A stretch of DNA of 32,000 nt, taken from assembly GCA_003144275.1 (NCBI GenBank), contig NJBF01000018.1:1-32000 (forward strand), given 5' to 3'. Shown here in pieces: positions 27,045-32,000 of the stretch; the first letter of the stretch is position 1; each line of letters begins with the position of its first letter. Source of the stretch: Candidatus Heimdallarchaeota archaeon B3_Heim. GTDB lineage: Archaea; Asgardarchaeota; Heimdallarchaeia; Hodarchaeales; Hodarchaeaceae. The translations under genes and the position numbers were made by a program. The notes beneath the pieces were generated by a model. That model had not been told where the DNA came from. It saw nothing but the letters and a program-made list of their open reading frames with translations, and made no database searches.

Positions 27045-30000
27045 TTAACCTACATACCTCAGCGCTTCTGCTGCTGGGATTCTACTTGCTACCCATCCTG
27101 GTATTGCTCCTGCTAATAATCCGATGAACGTAATGAACGATAGATACGCTCCAATTGTTCCCCAAGGTATAACGACAGGAACATCCATCATATTAGAAAA
27201 TCCAACATTAACAAGCAGACCATTCACAACACCGATAAATAATCCAATGAAACCAAGAACCATAAGTTCTAGAAGCGCAGCTGTCATGACTTGATATCGA
27301 GGAAATCCAATTGCTCGCATCATACCGATTTCTCTTTTTCTTTCAGCAACATTTCTAACAGAGATAACAGCCATTCCTACAGCTCCTATAATTAATCCGA
27401 AGTTGACGTATATTTGTAAGAAACTGGTCATTTGTTCCATCATTTCCAAGGAAGCTTCAAGCTTTGAATAAAGAGAAGTAGCAGTTGCTACCATGAATTC
27501 ATCGTCTATTATCTCACGGTATCCAGATTTTCTGGTATTTGTAAAGTCCTCAATCAATTGAGCAATAGTATCGATTCCTGGATGGTCAAAAGGATAACTT
27601 GTTTTAACTAAAAAGGTATCAAATTGATCAGCTTCACGTTTATCAGGTGAGAGTTCGTCTACCATACCAAAGAAGTCAGTATAGTTTGAAAAACGTTCTG
27701 GAAAATAAACAGAACCCATAGTACCTGAGAAACTCCCACTTGAGAATCCTTCTGTTTGCATATTTCGTGAGAGAGGCCATCCTCCAGCACGCTCGGAATC
27801 AAAGCTGCCTCCTATCGTAAATGGTTGATAAACTGGGAAACCAAATTGGGATGTGTTAAAAGCAATCCAAATCGGCATTCCAAGAGGCAATAAGAATGAA
27901 TCTGTGAATACGATAGGATATTGAACTACTGATCCATTAATATCTAGGATTGGGTCTACATCATCTAAGGTTGCAGCACTAAAACCACCCATACTACTGA
28001 TATCAAAATTTTCTAAATCAAATGTAATATTATAAGCAGTCATCTTATAGTCAGGATCGAAAAATCGATCCCACGCAGTTTTGGATTGATTAAGTAATTC
28101 CTCGTCACTCGCACCCAGATCAATAGTGCTTGGTCTGACACCATCAGGTAAATTAAACATATAGAAATCAAATCGCCAGTTTTCATCTGCTGCGTTTTGT
28201 GCTTCACCACGGATTTGATCTGAACGAAGTTCTCCAAAACTTAAGGGTAACAGATTCTTTTGTGGATTAAAACCTGATTCAGGATCATAGGGATCTTTCG
28301 TTGCAACATATCGCGTATAATCTGTACTACTCGGAGTGAAAGTCTTCATTCCTATGACATCAGTTATGCTCGAATCTAATTTATAGAGTTCGTTTGTATA
28401 CGAAGTATCAGGAAGATCATATTCAGGAGCACTTAATTGGATATATAAATCTACACCACGAGAGTCTTCTTCTGATTGCCCGATCGTACTATCAATATTT
28501 GTAGCAACAAGACTAGCCACTGTGACATTAAGGGTTAAAACCACTGCAAAAATTGCGAAAGTGAGAGTTGATCGTGTCTTGTGCGAAGAGATCAGCGCAG
28601 GGGCAACTTGGGCAACGCCTTTTAATCCTCGAATTTTGATGAGCGTATTTCTCAGGATGCGCATAATATACGGAAGATTCATGCCAACAAGTAATACTGA
28701 ACCTATAACAACTTCTATAATAGCAATGATAAGTATACCCATGGAAGAACCACTCATATCAGTGATCCATCCGTTACCCATCGCTACAACAAACATAAAA
28801 ACAGGTGTTCCCCAGAGGACTATTGCTGTTAAGTTAAAAGCCTTCGTTCGAGAAATGTAACGGGAAAACACTATACCAAGACCTGAAAATAGAAATCCAG
28901 CTCCTAAGAGAATATTCTCCCATTCAAGTAAATTGTCCCAACCTGAAGTTTTCCAGATATATTGCAAATCTTTGTTAATTCCTCCATTAGTAATGAGGAA
29001 AAAGATTCCAACAATACCAAGTAAAACACCAATAACAGCAAAATTTGCACTAGACTTTTCTTCAAAGGTAATTTTTATTCCTCTAAGTGCTTCGACAATA
29101 TTTACACGGGAAGCTCTGAGCGCTGGAAGTAAACCAGTTAACATTCCTAAAATTACACCAACAAGTACTGAAAAAATGACAACACTTTCTTTAACAATAG
29201 GTTGGACACTTGCGCTTCCAGAGCCGAATAAGCTGACTAGATATAAAGCGACCACTTGGCCAAAAATTAAACCACCAGCTAAACCAAAAATTCCGCCGAA
29301 GACCCCTTGGAAAAGAGTTTCAAAAAGCATAGAACGAAATATTCCCCCACGCTTTTCTCCTACAGCTCTTAGGACTCCTGTTTGGAATTCTCGGTCTTCA
29401 ACACTCATTAATTGTACATTTGTTATTAATAAAATTCCCGTAATTATGATAAGTAAACCAAGAACGTTCAAAAAGGAAGACATGAGGGTAAATATTAAAT
29501 CAATAATACCAACATACAACAAACGTGCTGAATCAATTGCATAAACATTTACTTCCTGATCATTAACCATTTTTACAGGTAAGATTTCTTCTAACGCATC
29601 AAATCGTTCTTGCAACAAAGCTTCATCGATGGGGGTGGTAAAATGATCGGTTTGATAAGCGATTAAGTATGCTCCTATAACATCTTTATTTCGCAAAGGA
29701 TCCTGCAAACTTATCCAGTCTTGATAACCCTCTAACGAAAAGACAACACCCCGATAAGAAGCACCGATGCCTGGATGTCTTGAATCAAATATTTCTCGTA
29801 TAGTAAGATTCACTCTCACTTCAGAGCCCACAGTTACGGTTTCATTTCCTACTAATACATTATCATTAATAGTGAATTCGGTTGTTAAAGTGATTGGTAG
29901 TTCTGTACTCTTATTGATATCCATATCTTCTGCAAGACTACTAGAAAGTAACACACTTGTATTAACAGTTAAATAGGTACTTATATCCATAACTTCTCCA

Positions 30001-30392
30001 GAATCCCAATAGCAAAATTCGCCAAAAGCTGCATCATAGTCGAAAGGAATTCCAGCCATTGATACAGAAGGTTCAAATTGCGATCCAATCATAGCTGGTC
30101 CGCTAGATTTTAATTCTGGCATAATAGCAAGCTCATCAGTAACCAATGCTGAGATGTTTTCTTTGTCTGCAGCGGTTAGAAATCCACCTGTCCCATTCGA
30201 AAACCGTATATCTACCTCTCCTTCTCGAATGAGAAGACTTGTGAGAAATGCATTCTCCAGAGTGTCGGTAGTAATTTGTATCCCGACCATCAAAGTGACT
30301 CCGAGGGCTATTGCTAGAATAGCACTAAAGTTTTTGGTCTTTCGTCGAGTCAGCGCTCGCTTTGCAATTTTAATACTTGATATTAATCCCAT
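27045..30392 (-). CDS. MacB/FtsX-type ABC permease with two permease repeats and large extracellular domains
   Basis: Two copies of the FtsX signature (SVEDREFQTGVLRAVG; NVAERKREIGMMRAIG) with matching C-termini (LPALRASRVNIVEALR; IPGWVASRIPAAEALRY). Confidence 0.9.
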   Translation of the reverse strand: MGLISSIKIAKRALTRRKTKNFSAILAIALGVTLMVGIQITTDTLENAFLTSLLIREGEVDIRFSNGTGGFLTAADKENISALVTDELAIMPELKSSGPAMIGSQFEPSVSMAGIPFDYDAAFGEFCYWDSGEVMDISTYLTVNTSVLLSSSLAEDMDINKSTELPITLTTEFTINDNVLVGNETVTVGSEVRVNLTIREIFDSRHPGIGASYRGVVFSLEGYQDWISLQDPLRNKDVIGAYLIAYQTDHFTTPIDEALLQERFDALEEILPVKMVNDQEVNVYAIDSARLLYVGIIDLIFTLMSSFLNVLGLLIIITGILLITNVQLMSVEDREFQTGVLRAVGEKRGGIFRSMLFETLFQGVFGGIFGLAGGLIFGQVVALYLVSLFGSGSASVQPIVKESVVIFSVLVGVILGMLTGLLPALRASRVNIVEALRGIKITFEEKSSANFAVIGVLLGIVGIFFLITNGGINKDLQYIWKTSGWDNLLEWENILLGAGFLFSGLGIVFSRYISRTKAFNLTAIVLWGTPVFMFVVAMGNGWITDMSGSSMGILIIAIIEVVIGSVLLVGMNLPYIMRILRNTLIKIRGLKGVAQVAPALISSHKTRSTLTFAIFAVVLTLNVTVASLVATNIDSTIGQSEEDSRGVDLYIQLSAPEYDLPDTSYTNELYKLDSSITDVIGMKTFTPSSTDYTRYVATKDPYDPESGFNPQKNLLPLSFGELRSDQIRGEAQNAADENWRFDFYMFNLPDGVRPSTIDLGASDEELLNQSKTAWDRFFDPDYKMTAYNITFDLENFDISSMGGFSAATLDDVDPILDINGSVVQYPIVFTDSFLLPLGMPIWIAFNTSQFGFPVYQPFTIGGSFDSERAGGWPLSRNMQTEGFSSGSFSGTMGSVYFPERFSNYTDFFGMVDELSPDKREADQFDTFLVKTSYPFDHPGIDTIAQLIEDFTNTRKSGYREIIDDEFMVATATSLYSKLEASLEMMEQMTSFLQIYVNFGLIIGAVGMAVISVRNVAERKREIGMMRAIGFPRYQVMTAALLELMVLGFIGLFIGVVNGLLVNVGFSNMMDVPVVIPWGTIGAYLSFITFIGLLAGAIPGWVASRIPAAEALRYVG

Positions 30393-30422
30393 GTAAACAC
30401 CTTATATCATTTAAATCATAAA

Positions 30423-31088
30423 TCACTTATTTTGAATTACCTTAGTTCCTGCTACGAAATCTAACATTCGTTGATTCCTTCCCCGTGTTTTTTCTGACAA
30501 TATCCCTACAAAAAGGTCGATTATCAGAAATGCGCTTAAGAACGGCACTTTTGTGAAATTTCTAAGAATAGATTGGTTCCACGATATCTTGATCCCTGAT
30601 TCATCAACTACAGTCAAACCAAATATTCGCTTACCAAGGGTTGTGGAGTATGTTTGTTCTAAGATAATGAAATAGCCTAACATAAATCCAAAGATAGGAA
30701 GACTAACAAATAGAAAACCAAAAGGAATATCCATACCATGCAGTGGAAGTGTTACTTGATCTATGTCGAAATCAGTTAATACAAGTCTGATTAACCCAAA
30801 AATAATGAATAATATAGCTGATAAGGAAAAATCTATAGCTGATGCCAATATACGTATCGTCCAACTTGCCGATTTTGTTCCCCAATTTTGTGCAAGACTT
30901 ACATTTTTTGCAACGTCAATCGGTGAACCAAAAACTACAGTTGGAGGACGTTTTTCCTCCCCCATTGCATCCTGAACATCTTTCTTTAAATTTTCTAAAA
31001 CCGGCCATTTAATCTCCTCTGGATATGGTAGTAAATTACTTACCTCCCATATATACCCATCAATAGGATCTGCATGCTTATTAGCCAT
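30423..31088 (-). CDS. RDD family membrane protein with a small N-terminal (HAAS-like) domain
   Basis: RILASAID, STTLGKRIFGLTVV, ILRN and QRMLDFVAGTKV form the RDD pattern. The N-terminal YIWEVSNLLP...VLENLKKDVQD resembles the HAAS helices found next to PadR genes. Confidence 0.85.
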   Translation of the reverse strand: MANKHADPIDGYIWEVSNLLPYPEEIKWPVLENLKKDVQDAMGEEKRPPTVVFGSPIDVAKNVSLAQNWGTKSASWTIRILASAIDFSLSAILFIIFGLIRLVLTDFDIDQVTLPLHGMDIPFGFLFVSLPIFGFMLGYFIILEQTYSTTLGKRIFGLTVVDESGIKISWNQSILRNFTKVPFLSAFLIIDLFVGILSEKTRGRNQRMLDFVAGTKVIQNK

Positions 31089-31092
31089 TTTC

Positions 31093-31452
31093 TTACATGT
31101 CTCCGTGACTTTGATTTGGATTTATTATCTCGTGCATACTACTATTGAATTTTTGAATCTCAATTTCTAATTTCCCTAGAAACTCCTTTCCTTTCTGGGT
31201 AAGGAGATAGAATTTTCTATCCGATTCATCAAGCTGACTAGCAATCAAATTATCCTCTTCAAGCTTAGCTAACATAGGATAGATATTTGAACCAGCAATA
31301 GAAATTTCTCCTTTTGTCAATTCAAGAATCTTTTTAGTAAGGAGATATGCATAACTTTTCTCTACTTTAGCAAGAGCAAATAAGATTAATGGCTTAGAAT
31401 AACCTTTTTTGAATTCTGTTGTCCATTTTGGAAGGAGTGAATCGATAGACAC
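31093..31452 (-). CDS. PadR family transcriptional regulator
   Basis: LILFAL...SYAY, GSNIYPMLAKLEEDNLI and RKFYLLTQKG. GTG start preceded by GTGAGG. Confidence 0.92.
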   Translation of the reverse strand: MSIDSLLPKWTTEFKKGYSKPLILFALAKVEKSYAYLLTKKILELTKGEISIAGSNIYPMLAKLEEDNLIASQLDESDRKFYLLTQKGKEFLGKLEIEIQKFNSSMHEIINPNQSHGDM

Positions 31453-31636
31453 AGGTAATCCTCACTAATTTCGCTTCGGACTATAAGTCTATATATGGCT
31501 TACTATATCGGTTATACATATTCCTTTTCTTTCGAGCTTCGAATCAAATAGAAAGATTGTTATTTAGTGAAAATGACTTTATTTTTTAAGATAGAAAAGC
31601 TAAAAATAGAGGACTAATATTCGAGGTCTCATTAAA

Positions 31637-32000
31637 TTGAGTATAGACCGTATTTATAGATTAGTATTTGAAGGTAAGATCGATGAAATGGTGAAGGAGG
31701 TCGAGAAATTATCTGGTGTTGAGAGAATAGAGGGTGAATTAATGAAAGCCTATTGGTTACTAGAGTTTAGAACCTCAGAAGTTGATGACTACATCGCATT
31801 AGCCAATAAAGTGATCAATGAACACTCCGATAATCTACGGCTTCAAATTATTGGTCGCCTTCACAATCTTGGTGGCTATTGGTGGACAGCGGAATTCTTC
31901 AAGGGGGTCACACAACTAGAGGGAATTGAGAAACAATTCCAAAAACTCGATTCCTTAACACGTGAGAATTTAAGATTTTATGAAATTTGGTTTTACCATT
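31637..32000 (+). CDS. Hypothetical helical protein, N-terminal part (runs off window end)
   Basis: Manual translation from TTG 31637 (GAGGT upstream) is open to the window edge: MSIDRIYRLVFEGKIDEMVKEVEKLSGVERIEGELMKAYWLL... The helical pattern could be TPR-like. Confidence 0.6.
   Translation, partial: MSIDRIYRLVFEGKIDEMVKEVEKLSGVERIEGELMKAYWLLEFRTSEVDDYIALANKVINEHSDNLRLQIIGRLHNLGGYWWTAEFFKGVTQLEGIEKQFQKLDSLTRENLRFYEIWFYH

Noticed and set aside
13813-30396. Remaining 60-203 aa overlapping ORFs (e.g. 14784, 17693, 22685, 22985, 24357, 24367, 25911, 26021, 28040, 28522, 28933)
   Set aside because: These are shadow or alternate-frame ORFs over conserved genes. Long antisense frames are expected opposite hydrophobic membrane-protein genes.
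31478-31520. Possible PadR operator (GACT-ATA-AGTC; TATA-N5-TATA)
   Set aside because: The inverted repeats are too short and AT-rich to distinguish from chance or from TATA elements.
1-32000. CRISPR arrays, tRNA, rRNA, integrase or phage genes
   Set aside because: No regularly spaced repeats, cloverleaf or GC-rich structural RNA stretch, or phage hallmark was seen by eye. A covariance-model search was not run.

Overview
This AT-rich prokaryotic window is most likely from an Asgard archaeon of the Heimdallarchaeia/Hodarchaeales type. That is an inference from GGTGA/GGAGG ribosome-binding sites, a Thr-rich linker plus TM plus basic-tail sorting signal, and the gene content; it was not checked against a database. 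From left to right it holds: the 5' part of an ISH3/IS4-type IS whose transposase runs off the left edge (absent from the ORF track); an orphan methyltransferase-like gene; an MFS transporter with a His-rich loop; a fused L-serine dehydratase; an unusual two-gene cassette; a TrmB-like fragment; a USP-domain gene with an ArsB/NhaD permease; a NadE homolog lacking its PP-loop; a secreted lipase-like gene with one in-frame stop; an FAD/Fe-S 2-hydroxyacid dehydrogenase; a CoA-transferase-GNAT fusion; an M20 dipeptidase; a PadR-RDD-MacB/FtsX-type ABC operon with two ATPases; and the start of a helical protein at the right edge. The best candidate for a new system is the cassette at 6229-11671. It pairs a V4R/ATC-hydrolase-like + HEAT protein with a GlnD/GlnE-type nucleotidyltransferase fused to a metallophosphoesterase and a CBS pair. 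An intact small gene and an inverted, decayed paralog of that gene bracket it. No rRNA, tRNA or CRISPR array was recognised. Several starts were moved from the ORF track to better RBS-supported codons.
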